41,474 nucleotides of DNA from Planctomycetota bacterium (GCA_043768885.1 JAYVKA010000121.1:1-41474); one strand, 5' to 3'. Shown: positions 7,771 through 18,157, numbered from the stretch's first letter. The notes: generated from the sequence alone by a model not told the origin. Numbers and translations are program-made.

Positions 7771-9843
7771 TCAATATTCGTTCCGGGCCTGGCCGCTGTC
7801 CATGGAAACAGTGTTCTGAAAAGTGTTTCGAACTTTCTTTTCCGCTACTTCCTTCAGCATGTACTGGATCAATTGATCGACGGCCATCGCTCCGAGGTCA
7901 CCTTTTTCACCCATAGCCCGATCCCGCACCGAAACGGTACCGGCCTCTGCATCCCGCGGCCCGACAATCAGGCTGTAGGGGATCAACTGCATCCCGGCAT
8001 CGCGAATTTTGGCACCCAGTTTTTCCGAGCGGAAGTCACCTTCGCACCGCAAACCGGCAGCAATCAACCGTTTTTGCACATCCTGACCGTACTCCTCGGA
8101 TTTTTCACTTACCGACAAAACCCGACACTGTTCTGGTGCCAACCACAAGGGAAAAGCACCAGCAAAATGCTCAATGAGTACGCCGATGAACCGCTCCATG
8201 GAACCAAACGGAGCCCGGTGAATCATGATTGGGCGATGGGGACGGTTGTCAGCCCCGATGTACTCCAGCCCAAACCTCTCGGGCAAATTGTAATCGACCT
8301 GCACAGTTCCCAATTGCCAACTTCGGCCAATACAGTCGCGAACGACAAAATCGATCTTCGGGCCATAAAAAGCCGCTTCGCCTTTTTCTTCGCTGTACTC
8401 GACTCCCAGGCTGGCCGCCGCTTTTCGACAAGCGTCCTCGGCCAGATCCCAATTTTCCGGATTGCCGACATACTTGTCACTCTCCGGATCGCGAAGTCCG
8501 ACCCGCACGCGATAGTCTTCCATGCCGATTGCCGCGAAGACAATTTTGACCAGTTCCAAACAGCCGGCCAGTTCCTCGGACAATTGATCCTGGGTAACGA
8601 ACAAGTGAGCGTCGTCCTGGGTGAATCCGCGAACACGAGTCAACCCGCCGATCTCACCGGACTGCTCCCAGCGATATACAGTTCCAAATTCTGCAAACCG
8701 AATTGGCAAATCGCGGTAGCTCCGTTGCTGTGAAGCATATATCCGAATGTGGTGCGGGCAATTCATCGGCTTCAACAAGTATCCGTCGATCTCGCCGGCA
8801 CTCATCCGGTTCGCTAACTCGCCGCAACTGCAGCCTTCCTTGGCCAATTGGTCCAGCTGTTCGCGCTGAACGAGTGGCGGGTATTGGCTTTCCTGATAGT
8901 ACGGATAGTGACCACTGGTTTTATAAAGTTCCAGCTTGCCAATATGCGGAGTGAAAACCTGGTCGTAGCCCTGACGACGCAGATGCCCGGAAATAAAATC
9001 CTGCAGCTGTTGCCGAACAAACGCACCCTTCGGACTCCAAAGCACCAGTCCCTGGCCGACCATGTCGTCGATGTGGAACAAGTGCAGCCGCTTTCCCAAC
9101 ACGCGGTGGTCACGCTTTTTTGCTTCTTCGACCTGAGCCAAATGCTCGTCCAGTTCCTGCTGGGTAAAGAACGCGGTCGCATACAACCGTTGAAGCTGCG
9201 GATTTCGCTCGTCCCCTTTCCAATACGCGCCGGCAATCGTCAACAACTTGAATGCACCGATTCGCCCCGCCGAAGGAACATGCGGTCCGCGACAAAGGTC
9301 AACGAATTCGCCCTGTTGATAAAACGAAACCGAATCCTGATCGGCCAGCCCTGTCTCGATATGTTCGACTTTGAAATCCTGGTGCAAGTCAGCGCAAACT
9401 TTGGCCGCATCGACGAGATTTCGCTCAACCCGCTCAAAAGGCTCATCCAGCTCGACGATTTTTTTCATCTCGGCTTCGATCGCAGGAAAATCGCTCTCCT
9501 GTAGCGGCTCCGGCATCATCATGTCGTAATAGAATCCGCCGTCGATGGTCGGGCCGAAAGCCAGTTTGACGCCCTTTTTCAGCCGCATTACCGCGCGGGC
9601 CATTACGTGTGCACAGCTGTGCCGCATCGTTGCCAGCGCTGCAGGGTCGTTCTTGGTGACAATTTTCAGTGCGACTTCGCTCCCCTCACGAATCGGGTGA
9701 TCGAGTGGAACCGGCTGTTGATCGACTTCACCCCACAAAGCGTCCTTGGCCAAACGCGAACCAATACTCTTGGCGACGTCCAGCAAAGTGACTGCTTTGT
9801 CATACGACCTCAACGAACCGTCAGGCAATCGAACCGAAACCAT
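7771..9843 (-). CDS. thrS: Threonine--tRNA ligase
   Basis: TGS domain at the N-terminus (MVSVRLPDGSLRSYD). Editing-domain box RHSCAHVMA. Class II catalytic core (RVRGFTQDDAHLF, TVQVDYNLPERF) and an anticodon-binding domain (FPLWLAPEQ). The ATG at 9843 gives the canonical N-terminus; an upstream in-frame ATG at 9921 would add 26 aa. Confidence 0.9.
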   Translation of the reverse strand: MVSVRLPDGSLRSYDKAVTLLDVAKSIGSRLAKDALWGEVDQQPVPLDHPIREGSEVALKIVTKNDPAALATMRHSCAHVMARAVMRLKKGVKLAFGPTIDGGFYYDMMMPEPLQESDFPAIEAEMKKIVELDEPFERVERNLVDAAKVCADLHQDFKVEHIETGLADQDSVSFYQQGEFVDLCRGPHVPSAGRIGAFKLLTIAGAYWKGDERNPQLQRLYATAFFTQQELDEHLAQVEEAKKRDHRVLGKRLHLFHIDDMVGQGLVLWSPKGAFVRQQLQDFISGHLRRQGYDQVFTPHIGKLELYKTSGHYPYYQESQYPPLVQREQLDQLAKEGCSCGELANRMSAGEIDGYLLKPMNCPHHIRIYASQQRSYRDLPIRFAEFGTVYRWEQSGEIGGLTRVRGFTQDDAHLFVTQDQLSEELAGCLELVKIVFAAIGMEDYRVRVGLRDPESDKYVGNPENWDLAEDACRKAAASLGVEYSEEKGEAAFYGPKIDFVVRDCIGRSWQLGTVQVDYNLPERFGLEYIGADNRPHRPIMIHRAPFGSMERFIGVLIEHFAGAFPLWLAPEQCRVLSVSEKSEEYGQDVQKRLIAAGLRCEGDFRSEKLGAKIRDAGMQLIPYSLIVGPRDAEAGTVSVRDRAMGEKGDLGAMAVDQLIQYMLKEVAEKKVRNTFQNTVSMDSGQARNEY

Positions 9844-10055
9844 GATTTTCTGTTTGTTGTAGATGGAAAAGCGATCATTGTCTTCCGGATTCGGCACCAG
9901 CAGAACTCGAACCCGGCTCATTCAGCAGTATAAGGCTGTTTCAACGGCTGGAAAACGTCGGTAGCCACAAATGACCGGATGTCCGACCCGAAGTTCGCGA
10001 CAACATCGCTGAACCGATTTGCATGACCTTGCTGGATGCCGACGCCCAGCATGTG

Positions 10056-11384
10056 CTAGGCTGCCTGAAGGCTTCGCTTGGGCAACAATTGGCCATAAAG
10101 TTCGCGATACCTTACCGTTTGTTGGGACAGTTCAAACTCGCGAGTAATAACCAATCGCGAACGATGCCCCAACCATGTCCGCAACTCCTGATCCCTGGCC
10201 AATTCCAAAATCGAGCTGGCCAAAGCCGCCGAATCACCAACCGGTGCAAGTTTGCCTGTTACTCCGTCACGAACAAATTCGGAGACTCCGCCCGTTTCGA
10301 ACGCGACGACCGGTGTACCACAAGCCATCGATTCGAGAGCCATCTGGGGCTGGTTGTCTTCGAGTGATGGGACAATCACCATGTCGCAAGCCGAATAAAA
10401 CTTCGCCTGCATTTTTTCGTCGGCCACGTAGCCCAGCTGTATTGTACGGCCAACGCCAGGCACCTGTTGATCCTTTTGATCGGGACTGAATGAACCCATC
10501 AACAATACGGTCAACTTCGGCCGATCAGGAATCGCGTCGATAATATTCAAAGCCGCCAGAAGCTGTGCAAACCCTTTTCGACGGTTACCAATCGATTCGG
10601 CACCGAAACCAATCACGATTTCGTCTGGCCCTATGCCGAATTCCTTTTTGCTGCTCTCCCGATCCAGAGGAGTAAACAAATCGACTGGCAAGCCGTACCG
10701 AATGACCGAAAACCCGGTTCCCCTGGGCCAGACCGGACTTTGCATCGCAAGTTCGGCCAGCCATTCGCTGGGAGATACCACATGCACCCGTTTTCCCTCC
10801 AGCGATTTTCGTTTTGCAACCATCGCGCGGCGCGAAACATCAAGGGGATTTGAGCCGACCAGTTGCGGGCAACTTCCGCAGCCGCTTTGGAACCGGCTGC
10901 ATCCTCCGCTGTAATGGCAGCCGCCAGAAAAGGGGTTCATGTCGTGCAGCGTCCATACGATGGGAACGCTGTCTGGAATTGCCGAAAAAAAAGTCGGCCA
11001 GTCCGCCATGAAGGCAATCCAGTGGAGCTGCACCACGTCCGCACGAATTTGGCTCCAGTCGGGAATTTCCGGCTTGAATTGTTCGGCCAGCGAAAAAACT
11101 TCCAGGGAACGGTCACGCGGCTCGACTTCATTCTGCCAGGCAAGTTGAATCGATCGCCGGCGCATAATTCGAAACGGCTTGGTCAACAGATTGAGAATCG
11201 CACTCTTCTTGCGGCGATCGATTGGAATTTCACACAGCCCGGATTGAGATGCCATTTCACGATTGGAATGCGACCAATACAAAGTACTCTGATCGCCCAG
11301 GCGGTTTAGCTCACTGCTCAACCGTCTTGCTGCTACCGCAGCACCGCCATGGGGATAAGTATTAAAATGGGCAATTCGGCTCAT
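10056..11384 (-). CDS. Glycosyltransferase, GT-B fold (GT4-like)
   Basis: N-terminal MSRIAHFNTYPHGGAAVAARRL and a C-terminal sugar-donor domain (VIVPSLEDNQPQMALESMACGTPVVAFETGGVSEFVRDGVTGKL). A Cys-rich insert TLHDMNPFSGGCHYSGGCSRFQSGCGSCPQL lies at nt 10869-10919. The ATG at 11384 is preferred over the listed 11411. Confidence 0.8.
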   Translation of the reverse strand: MSRIAHFNTYPHGGAAVAARRLSSELNRLGDQSTLYWSHSNREMASQSGLCEIPIDRRKKSAILNLLTKPFRIMRRRSIQLAWQNEVEPRDRSLEVFSLAEQFKPEIPDWSQIRADVVQLHWIAFMADWPTFFSAIPDSVPIVWTLHDMNPFSGGCHYSGGCSRFQSGCGSCPQLVGSNPLDVSRRAMVAKRKSLEGKRVHVVSPSEWLAELAMQSPVWPRGTGFSVIRYGLPVDLFTPLDRESSKKEFGIGPDEIVIGFGAESIGNRRKGFAQLLAALNIIDAIPDRPKLTVLLMGSFSPDQKDQQVPGVGRTIQLGYVADEKMQAKFYSACDMVIVPSLEDNQPQMALESMACGTPVVAFETGGVSEFVRDGVTGKLAPVGDSAALASSILELARDQELRTWLGHRSRLVITREFELSQQTVRYRELYGQLLPKRSLQAA

Positions 11385-11585
11385 AGATGCAAAGAATCCA
11401 ACACTGTCCATTCCGCGAGCATTTTCAATCAGGCAACCGGACCAGTTTTTCCAGTGATTTGTCTGGCCGATACTGTACCGGCGAAGGCGAAATCAAAGCC
11501 AGAGCGAAATGCCACGCGGCGATATTGAAAACAAACAGATTGAAGGCGTTTTTTCGATATTCATCCAGGAACGTGTTTCAATAAC

Positions 11586-11658
11586 GTGGTTTTGGCTTCC
11601 AACCAAAGCGCTTTTCTCCAGCACGCTTTTGAAAATTTCGGCTGGAAGCCAAAACCAC
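11586..11658 (-). terminator. Perfect 16-bp inverted repeat downstream of the 292-aa gene; possible terminator without a U-tract
   Basis: gtggttttggcttcca (11586-11601) is the exact reverse complement of tggaagccaaaaccac (11643-11658), with a 41-nt spacer. The repeat lies 28 nt past the TAG stop at 11687-11689. Confidence 0.4.
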
Positions 11659-11686
11659 CTCGAAATGCAAAATCCTCAATAGCCTG

Positions 11687-12565
11687 CTAACTGAAATCCG
11701 CAGGCAAGCGTCCGGTCGGACAATGTCTTTGGGCCAGCATCAGGTTTTCCAGCATCGCCTTGGGGCCCTTGCGGAAAAACAACGTTTTGATCTTCCGGCG
11801 AAGAATCGTCATCCAGGCCGGAATCCGGATCAGTGCCGTTGCCCGTTCCGAACTGGAAACCGGCCGCAATGCTTCTTCGATGAACCTGTCCTTGTCCTGC
11901 ATGAAACCATGCAGAACACACCGATTGCCAGCCCGAAGATCCCGCCGAACCGAGGCCGTCGTCGAGAAACCGATTTTGCCTGTGGCGATAACGGGACCGG
12001 CTTTTCTGGCAGGAGAATAAATCGCCATGTCAAACACGCCGTCGCGGGCCTTCTCCGGCATCCGTTTTGCAAAGTCGGTGGCGTAACACGCCCCCCCGTT
12101 GATATGCGGGTTGAGCATCAATTTTTTCTCTCGCAACCAGCGGAACTTGTAAACGTGCGGAACGTAACAGCCCATCATTACAGGCGTTTCAGGTTCCCGG
12201 TCCCATTCCTGGGCAAGTTGTTCCAGCCAATCACCGCTGGTCACGATCATGTCCGATTCAAACCAGAGGGCGAATCCGTTTCCTGAAAATTCCCTGGCAA
12301 CAAAGTCCATCGAGTCCCAAAACATGGCTGTTGGCCCCTGGGGATATCCAAAAACCTGGCTGGGACATTGGAACTGGATGCATGCTCCCAGTCGGGAAAA
12401 CGCTTCGTTCAATTCACTGCTATGCGTGGTTCTGGGACTGGCAGCCAACAGAAACGTGCAGTCCAGGGGTTTCCCGCAATGTTGATTCATCCAGCGCGCG
12501 ATCTGACAATAGCGGCGGACTTCTTCTTCGCAGTAATACGGCAAAATGACGACATGACGGGGCAT
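11687..12565 (-). CDS. Hypothetical protein; possibly a novel nucleotide-sugar transferase-like enzyme (weak)
   Basis: Clean 292-codon ORF with an ATG start, located between glycosyltransferase genes. I recognise no firm motif. FESDM could be a DxD-like acidic box and GYPQGPTAMFW looks like a conserved loop. Confidence 0.55.
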   Translation of the reverse strand: MPRHVVILPYYCEEEVRRYCQIARWMNQHCGKPLDCTFLLAASPRTTHSSELNEAFSRLGACIQFQCPSQVFGYPQGPTAMFWDSMDFVAREFSGNGFALWFESDMIVTSGDWLEQLAQEWDREPETPVMMGCYVPHVYKFRWLREKKLMLNPHINGGACYATDFAKRMPEKARDGVFDMAIYSPARKAGPVIATGKIGFSTTASVRRDLRAGNRCVLHGFMQDKDRFIEEALRPVSSSERATALIRIPAWMTILRRKIKTLFFRKGPKAMLENLMLAQRHCPTGRLPADFS

Positions 12566-12705
12566 GACGCGGCAATCCCTTTTGAGATTCGAGGCGGTTC
12601 GGCTTTGCCAATCCGGAATATGGCGGACGTTTTTTATGCATTTGAGACGTCAAAGGTCAATTCCAATCAACATGGCGGCGGCGATGCTGGCATTGCCGAT
12701 TTGCC

Positions 12706-12735
12706 TTGACCAGGTTTTGAACCCGCCGATATACT
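12706..12735 (+). promoter_or_regulatory. Sigma-70-like promoter candidate for the PPIase gene
   Basis: TTGACC (12706-11), an 18-nt spacer, then TATACT (12730-35), about 85 nt upstream of the ATG at 12820. That ATG is preceded by an AGGGAGGA Shine-Dalgarno. Confidence 0.35.
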
Positions 12736-12819
12736 CGGCCAACTTGCGGCACGAGCTGCCGCGGCACAAAGTGTGAATCTCTTGCAGAAATTCGGAATCC
12801 GGTTCAGGGAGGAACCCAA

Positions 12820-14655
12820 ATGTCGCTGCCCCGTTTCAGGACTCTGGTCGTTGCCATTTTGGTGAGCTTTGGATTCCAGCAGATACTATCGGCACAGGCC
12901 CAACCAAATCAGCCCCGAAACGCGAACGCCGCGCAGCAGGCCCCGGCCCCTGCACACCAAACGATGCAGATCTTGGCCGTGGTGAATGGCCAGCAGATAA
13001 CGCGCGAGAACATCTCGACGTCCTGTTTGTCGAGGTTTGGGGAAACTGTTCTGGAAAGCATCATCAACAAGCAGCTGGTTTTCAACGAATGCCGAAAACA
13101 GCAAATCATGATTTCCGAGAAGGATGTCAACGACGAAATCATTCGCAAGGCAGCTTCGTTTGGCATGACTGCCGAAAAATTCATAACCCTGATTTGCACG
13201 CAGCGCAAACTGACCGAAGAACGATACAAAAACGATATCGTCTGGCAGGAACTGGCGCTACGGAGATTGGCCCAGAATGAAATCAAAGTTGCTCCAGGAG
13301 AACTCCAGGAACAAATGGAGTTTGAATATGGTGCGAAAGTGCAAATTCGCGAGATCGTTACGGACAGCCGCGAAAAGGCCGACCAGTTGCTGCAAATGGT
13401 CAGTCAGAGCCCTGAGCGATTTGGCCAGGTCGCCAAGGAACACTCGCTCAATCCCAACAGCGCAGCCGTAAAAGGCCTGTTGCCGCCGCTGGCCCGTCAC
13501 ACCGCGTCGCCAGAAATGGAACAACTTGTTTTCGCGATGCAACCCGGCCAAATCAGCAATGTTGTCGAAGTCGCCGGGCAGTTTTTGATTATCAAATGCG
13601 AACGGATTTTTCCGGCAATGGAAATCAATCCGGCAGACCTGCCTGCCATTCACGAGCGACTACTCGACGCCATGTCCGAATCAAAATTAACCCAGGCCGC
13701 GACGGATCTGTTTCAGCGAATGCAGCAAACGGTGAAAATCGTCAACGTGTTCAATGACGCAGAATTGCGTGCTCAAATGCCGGGGATTGCGGCCACTGTG
13801 GATGGTTCCGAGATTACGCTGGACTATTTGGCGGAAGAATGCATCGCCCGATTCGGCTCACCTATGCTGACGGCCGAAATCAACCGCTTGCTGCTGAAAC
13901 AGAAAATGCAGGCCAACAACCTCCAGGTAACCGAAGACGACATCCGTGCCGAGGTAACCCGCGCCGCAGAAGCTGACGCCTATTTGAACAAAGATGGAAC
14001 AGTGAACATCGAAGCCTGGTTGTCATTCATGACAGGCGACGATCCGACGCAAACCGATTCCCTGATCGCCGACACCATTTGGCCGACTTGTGCTTTGAAG
14101 AAACTGGTTGCCAGTGAAGTCACCATCGCCGACGAAGATTTGAGAAAAGGCTTTGAGGCAAACTACGGGCCGCGCGTGGAAGCGTTGGCTATCGTTTTTG
14201 ATGATCAGCGGAAAGCCCTAAAAGTTTGGCAGATGGCCGCGGCCAACCCAACCGAAGAGTACTTTGGCCAGCTCGCAAGCCAGTATTCCGTGGACCCTAC
14301 CTCCCAGGCCAACTTCGGCGTGATTCCTCCAATCCAGCGTTTCGGCGGAAAACCTGAAATGGAAGAAGAAGCATTCAGTCTGCGAGCCGGTGAAATTTCG
14401 AAAGTCATTCAACACGGCGAGAAGTACCTGATTCTGCTATGCACCGGCCGAACGTCTCCGGTTGTGTCCAGTCTCGAAGACGTGCGAGCTCAATTGACCA
14501 GCTACATTCGCGACCAAAAAACCTACTTGGCGATGGCAGAAAAAGGCCGGTTGATTTTCGAAGAAGCCCAGATTGACAACTTCCTCGAAGGAACCAGCCA
14601 GGCCGGGAAATCAGATCGCACGGCGGCACAGGCTCCAAACACCCTCGGCCGGTAA
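12820..14655 (+). CDS. Secreted SurA/PpiD-like peptidyl-prolyl isomerase with two parvulin-type domains
   Basis: Signal peptide MSLPRFRTLVVAILVSFGFQQILSAQA. There are two parvulin-like modules: ...FGQVAKEHSLNPNSAAVKGLLPPLAR...PGQISNVVEVAGQFLIIKCERI and ...FGQLASQYSVDPTSQANFGVIPPIQRF...AGEISKVIQHGEKYLILLCTGR. Confidence 0.8.
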   Translation: MSLPRFRTLVVAILVSFGFQQILSAQAQPNQPRNANAAQQAPAPAHQTMQILAVVNGQQITRENISTSCLSRFGETVLESIINKQLVFNECRKQQIMISEKDVNDEIIRKAASFGMTAEKFITLICTQRKLTEERYKNDIVWQELALRRLAQNEIKVAPGELQEQMEFEYGAKVQIREIVTDSREKADQLLQMVSQSPERFGQVAKEHSLNPNSAAVKGLLPPLARHTASPEMEQLVFAMQPGQISNVVEVAGQFLIIKCERIFPAMEINPADLPAIHERLLDAMSESKLTQAATDLFQRMQQTVKIVNVFNDAELRAQMPGIAATVDGSEITLDYLAEECIARFGSPMLTAEINRLLLKQKMQANNLQVTEDDIRAEVTRAAEADAYLNKDGTVNIEAWLSFMTGDDPTQTDSLIADTIWPTCALKKLVASEVTIADEDLRKGFEANYGPRVEALAIVFDDQRKALKVWQMAAANPTEEYFGQLASQYSVDPTSQANFGVIPPIQRFGGKPEMEEEAFSLRAGEISKVIQHGEKYLILLCTGRTSPVVSSLEDVRAQLTSYIRDQKTYLAMAEKGRLIFEEAQIDNFLEGTSQAGKSDRTAAQAPNTLGR

Positions 14656-14661
14656 CCGAAA

Positions 14662-15753
14662 TTAGCGGGACAGAAACGACTCGATCAGCGATTGGTAGGC
14701 TTCGACCACCTGCGCTGTGAGTCGTTTCGGATCAAACATCTCTGCGGCATCGATTTGCCCTTTTTCAATTACTCGCGATCGTAATTGTTCGTCTCCATGC
14801 AGACGAATGACTGCGGCGGCAATTGCGCCGGGATCGCGCGGCGGGACCAGCAACCCGGATTCTTCATGCCGCACGATCTCTGGTAGTCCACCGACGTTGC
14901 TGGCAACCACCGGAACACCAACGGCCTGGGACTCGACGGCGACCAGCCCCAACGGCTCGACGATACTCGGCACAACGCAAACATTCATTGCCGAGAGATA
15001 GGCGTTGACGTTCTCACGGCGGCCCAGCCAGTGAATCCGGCGGTGCAGTTTGAGCGTTTTCTGAATGTGTCGCAGTGCGCGGGTACATTTCTCCTGCCTG
15101 TGAAACCGCCCAATCAGGATAATTCTTGCGTCCGGAATCTTCTCCAGAATTTGCGGCATCGCTTCGAACAGATACCGATGCCCCTTTCTCGCGATCACTT
15201 CTCCGATCACGCCAATCAGAAATCGCCCGTCCCGCGCGTGGAGCTCGCCGCGAATATAGGGAATCAGCTTTTTGCCAGTCGTCAGGAACCGATGCAAATC
15301 GGCAAAGCAGAAAACAGTCCGGATTTTTGCTGCTGACACAAGATTGTAACGTCGGTGAAAACGGGTCGTGGCACTGGAGTTGGCCAAAACCAGATCGTTG
15401 AACCGCCAATGCAGCTGGATGTATTGGGCATGCGCCGTCGCAACAACCGGGATCCGACAGAAGCGTTTCAACAACACACCGAAATTGTGGGCCCGGCTCA
15501 TATGGGTGTGAACCACATCCACTTTGTTTTCGGCAATCCACGCCGCGACTCGCCGGAGTTCCGTCGGCGGGAAGCGGTCCATGTCTGATTCCATGACCTG
15601 AATCCTTTCCATTGGCCGCGAGGCAATCCATGATCCGGTCCGGCAAAGGATGGTAACCGTGTGCCCGGCGCGAACCAGCTCTTCCGACAACAACTTGCAA
15701 TAGACAAGTGCGCCATTCACATCACGACCGGAAATGATTTGCAAAATGTTCAA
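14662..15753 (-). CDS. Glycosyltransferase family 4 (GT-B)
   Basis: MNILQIISGRDVNGALVYCKLLSEELVRAGHTV is a GT4 N-terminal domain. The E-x7-E box lies in VVPSIVEPLGLVAVESQAVGVPVVASNVGGLPEIV. The start is a TTG. The gene converges on the PPIase gene with only a 6-nt gap. Confidence 0.85.
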   Translation of the reverse strand: MNILQIISGRDVNGALVYCKLLSEELVRAGHTVTILCRTGSWIASRPMERIQVMESDMDRFPPTELRRVAAWIAENKVDVVHTHMSRAHNFGVLLKRFCRIPVVATAHAQYIQLHWRFNDLVLANSSATTRFHRRYNLVSAAKIRTVFCFADLHRFLTTGKKLIPYIRGELHARDGRFLIGVIGEVIARKGHRYLFEAMPQILEKIPDARIILIGRFHRQEKCTRALRHIQKTLKLHRRIHWLGRRENVNAYLSAMNVCVVPSIVEPLGLVAVESQAVGVPVVASNVGGLPEIVRHEESGLLVPPRDPGAIAAAVIRLHGDEQLRSRVIEKGQIDAAEMFDPKRLTAQVVEAYQSLIESFLSR

Positions 15754-15837
15754 GATCGTCGATGCGTCGTTCGGAAGAATGGGCGGATGGTCTAGTCGAA
15801 ACCATTTTGGAACCGGGCATTCTCACCGATTCCCGGA

Positions 15838-16419
15838 CTAGTTCAATCTGGGATCATGCCCCTCACCCATGGCCTTCAACAAACCGGGATTCAGCATGAT
15901 CTGGCGTCCTGCGTTTTCACAAACCATGTGCCAGAGTTGGCCTGGGTCGGAGTTGAAGACAACTTCCTTGCTCGTCGGGACAACCAGCCAGCCTCCCGCA
16001 GCGATTTCCGCTTCCAGCTGGCCCGCACCCCATCCGGAATATCCCGAGAAAACCCGAAACGGATGCCTTGACTGGGAGATCACCTTTTTTACGTTCTCCC
16101 TTGAAACGGAAAATTGCACGCCGCCCAGAATGGACGATTCGGAATGGGATAGGCTGCCATGCAGCGTCATCAATGGGCCTTGAACCGGTCCGCCCCAGAA
16201 AAGAAATCTGGATATCGAGTCTTCCGGAACTCCGGGTGCAAACTCCTCTTCCGGCAAATCATCGACGACCGACGTCAAACGCAAAGCGGTTTGGCGATTC
16301 AAAATCAAACCTGTCGCCGACTCCTGGTCGTGGCGAAACAACAGGACGACCGAACGAAAAAAATTCGGATCGACGAGGCCCGGGATGGATACGAGCAGAT
16401 TTCCGGAAAGTGAACCCAT
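15838..16419 (-). CDS. YqgE/AlgH-family (UPF0301) protein
   Basis: GNLLVSIPGLVDPNFFRSVVLLFRHDQESATGLILNR plus FSGYSGWGAGQLEAEIAAGGWLV are the signature stretches of this family. Confidence 0.85.
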   Translation of the reverse strand: MGSLSGNLLVSIPGLVDPNFFRSVVLLFRHDQESATGLILNRQTALRLTSVVDDLPEEEFAPGVPEDSISRFLFWGGPVQGPLMTLHGSLSHSESSILGGVQFSVSRENVKKVISQSRHPFRVFSGYSGWGAGQLEAEIAAGGWLVVPTSKEVVFNSDPGQLWHMVCENAGRQIMLNPGLLKAMGEGHDPRLN

Positions 16420-16846
16420 GGCTGCGAAATTTTGCTTGTGCGCGGCGCGAATGTTTGGCCACAGGATATCAGAACGGCGGCCAGGCTGCAGCTTTGGAAA
16501 ACGAAACCCCGGACGCCGTTGATCACCGACAGCTTTTGCCAGTCAAAAACCGTTGGGGATCGACCGGTTTTGCCGCTTCGGGCTGATTTTTTGGTTCTTC
16601 CTTCCCGTCCTTGAGCCAGAACAACCACGCATTGATTCGCCTGTATCGATTGTCCGGTCCAAGGTGTCAATTCGTTCCAGAAAATTGGAGCGGATCAGGT
16701 TGTCCCTGACGATTGGGGGCTATGTTTTTGCGAGCATTTTTCCGGTGGTCCGCGTTGTCGAAATCCGGCGGCGAGTTTTTCCCGGATGAAATGCGAAGAA
16801 GCCAGCCAGCAATCGTGTGACGAATCAACGAACGAGCGAGCCAGTC

Positions 16847-18157
16847 ATGAGCGGAACAACTTCACGTACTCCGGGCAAGTCCAACGACTACGACCTGTTA
16901 AAGCAACGGATTCACCAGAAGCTGATCGGAAAACTCGATCTGGGCCGAATTGGCGAGATTCAGGGCGACGTTTTGCGCCGCGAAATCCGCGTTGTCATCG
17001 AACACCTGTGTGATGGCGAAAGCAACCTGATGAGCCGCCTGGAGCGGGACCGTCTGGTTGAAGAAGTTCTCGACGAAACACTTGGCCTTGGCCCACTGGA
17101 GCTGTTGCTCAAAGACCCGACGATCAGCGATATCATGATCAATGGCCCCAAAGACATCTATGTGGAACGCAACGGCAAGGTCGAACGGACCAACGTCGAG
17201 TTCCGCAACAACGCTCATCTGCTGCAAATCATTGACCGGATCGTTTCCAAAGTCGGCCGCCGCGTTGACGAGACTTGCCCGATGGTGGACGCCCGCCTGG
17301 AAGACGGCTCGCGTGTGAACGCGATTATTCCGCCTCTGGCACTGGACGGAGCGGCGATGTCCATTCGGCGATTCGGTTCCAACCCATTGAAGCTGGAAGA
17401 CCTGCTGAACTACAAGGCTTTCACACCCGAAATGGTGATGTTGCTTGAAGGAGCGATGAAGGCCCGGCTGAACATCATTATTTCCGGCGGTACTGGTTCC
17501 GGAAAAACAACATTGCTCAACACGCTGTCCAGTTTTATACCGAACGGGGACCGCATCATTACGATCGAAGACGCCGCCGAATTGCAACTGCAACAAGAGC
17601 ACGTCGTTCGTCTGGAAACCCGCCCAGCCAATATCGAAGGCAAGGGACAGGTCACCGCGACTGACCTCGTTCGCAACTGTTTGCGTATGCGTCCGGAACG
17701 AATCATCATCGGCGAGTGTCGTGGTCCGGAAGCCCTCGACATGTTGCAGGCAATGAACACTGGCCACGAAGGGTCGATGACAACGACTCACGCCAATACT
17801 CCCCGCGACTGCATCGGCCGTATTGAAACCATGATCATGATGGCCGGGTTCGAAATGCCAATCAAAGCCATGCGTACCCAGATTGCCAGCGCCGTGAGCC
17901 TGATTGTCCAGGCCAACCGGTTGCAGGGCGGGGTTCGTAAAGTCACGCACATTACCGAGATTTGCGGAATGGAAAACGACACCATCGTGATGCAGGACAT
18001 CTTCAAATATGTCCAAAACGGTGTGGACGAGAACGGCCGTGCAGTCGGAAGTTTTGTCTGCACAGGTGTTCGGCCAAAATGCCTGGAAAAACTGGAAGGC
18101 AAAGGCATCCGCCTGCCTGCCAGCATCTTCCGCGAACGGGTCATGATGAATTGCTAA
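16847..18157 (+). CDS. cpaF: Tad/Flp pilus assembly ATPase CpaF/TadA (type II/IV secretion NTPase)
   Basis: Walker A GGTGSGKTTLLN, Walker B/Asp box RIITIEDAAEL, His box GHEGSMTTTHAN, and the N-terminal YDLLKQRIHQKLI typical of CpaF. The ATG at 16847 is preferred; the listed GTG at 16817 is possible. Confidence 0.9.
   Translation: MSGTTSRTPGKSNDYDLLKQRIHQKLIGKLDLGRIGEIQGDVLRREIRVVIEHLCDGESNLMSRLERDRLVEEVLDETLGLGPLELLLKDPTISDIMINGPKDIYVERNGKVERTNVEFRNNAHLLQIIDRIVSKVGRRVDETCPMVDARLEDGSRVNAIIPPLALDGAAMSIRRFGSNPLKLEDLLNYKAFTPEMVMLLEGAMKARLNIIISGGTGSGKTTLLNTLSSFIPNGDRIITIEDAAELQLQQEHVVRLETRPANIEGKGQVTATDLVRNCLRMRPERIIIGECRGPEALDMLQAMNTGHEGSMTTTHANTPRDCIGRIETMIMMAGFEMPIKAMRTQIASAVSLIVQANRLQGGVRKVTHITEICGMENDTIVMQDIFKYVQNGVDENGRAVGSFVCTGVRPKCLEKLEGKGIRLPASIFRERVMMNC

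Noticed and set aside
9844-9921. 26-aa N-terminal extension of ThrRS from the upstream ATG.
   Set aside because: The canonical TGS domain begins at the ATG at 9843 (MVSVRLPDGS), and the extension has no known counterpart. It cannot be excluded, because neither ATG has a clear SD.
10869-10919. The four-Cys insert (GGCHYSGGCSRFQSGCGSCP) in the GT4 enzyme as a novel zinc-finger fusion.
   Set aside because: I recall very similar HDxxxFTGGCHY...C..CP stretches in many GT4-family glycosyltransferases, so it is probably a known subfamily feature. It is recorded only as evidence.
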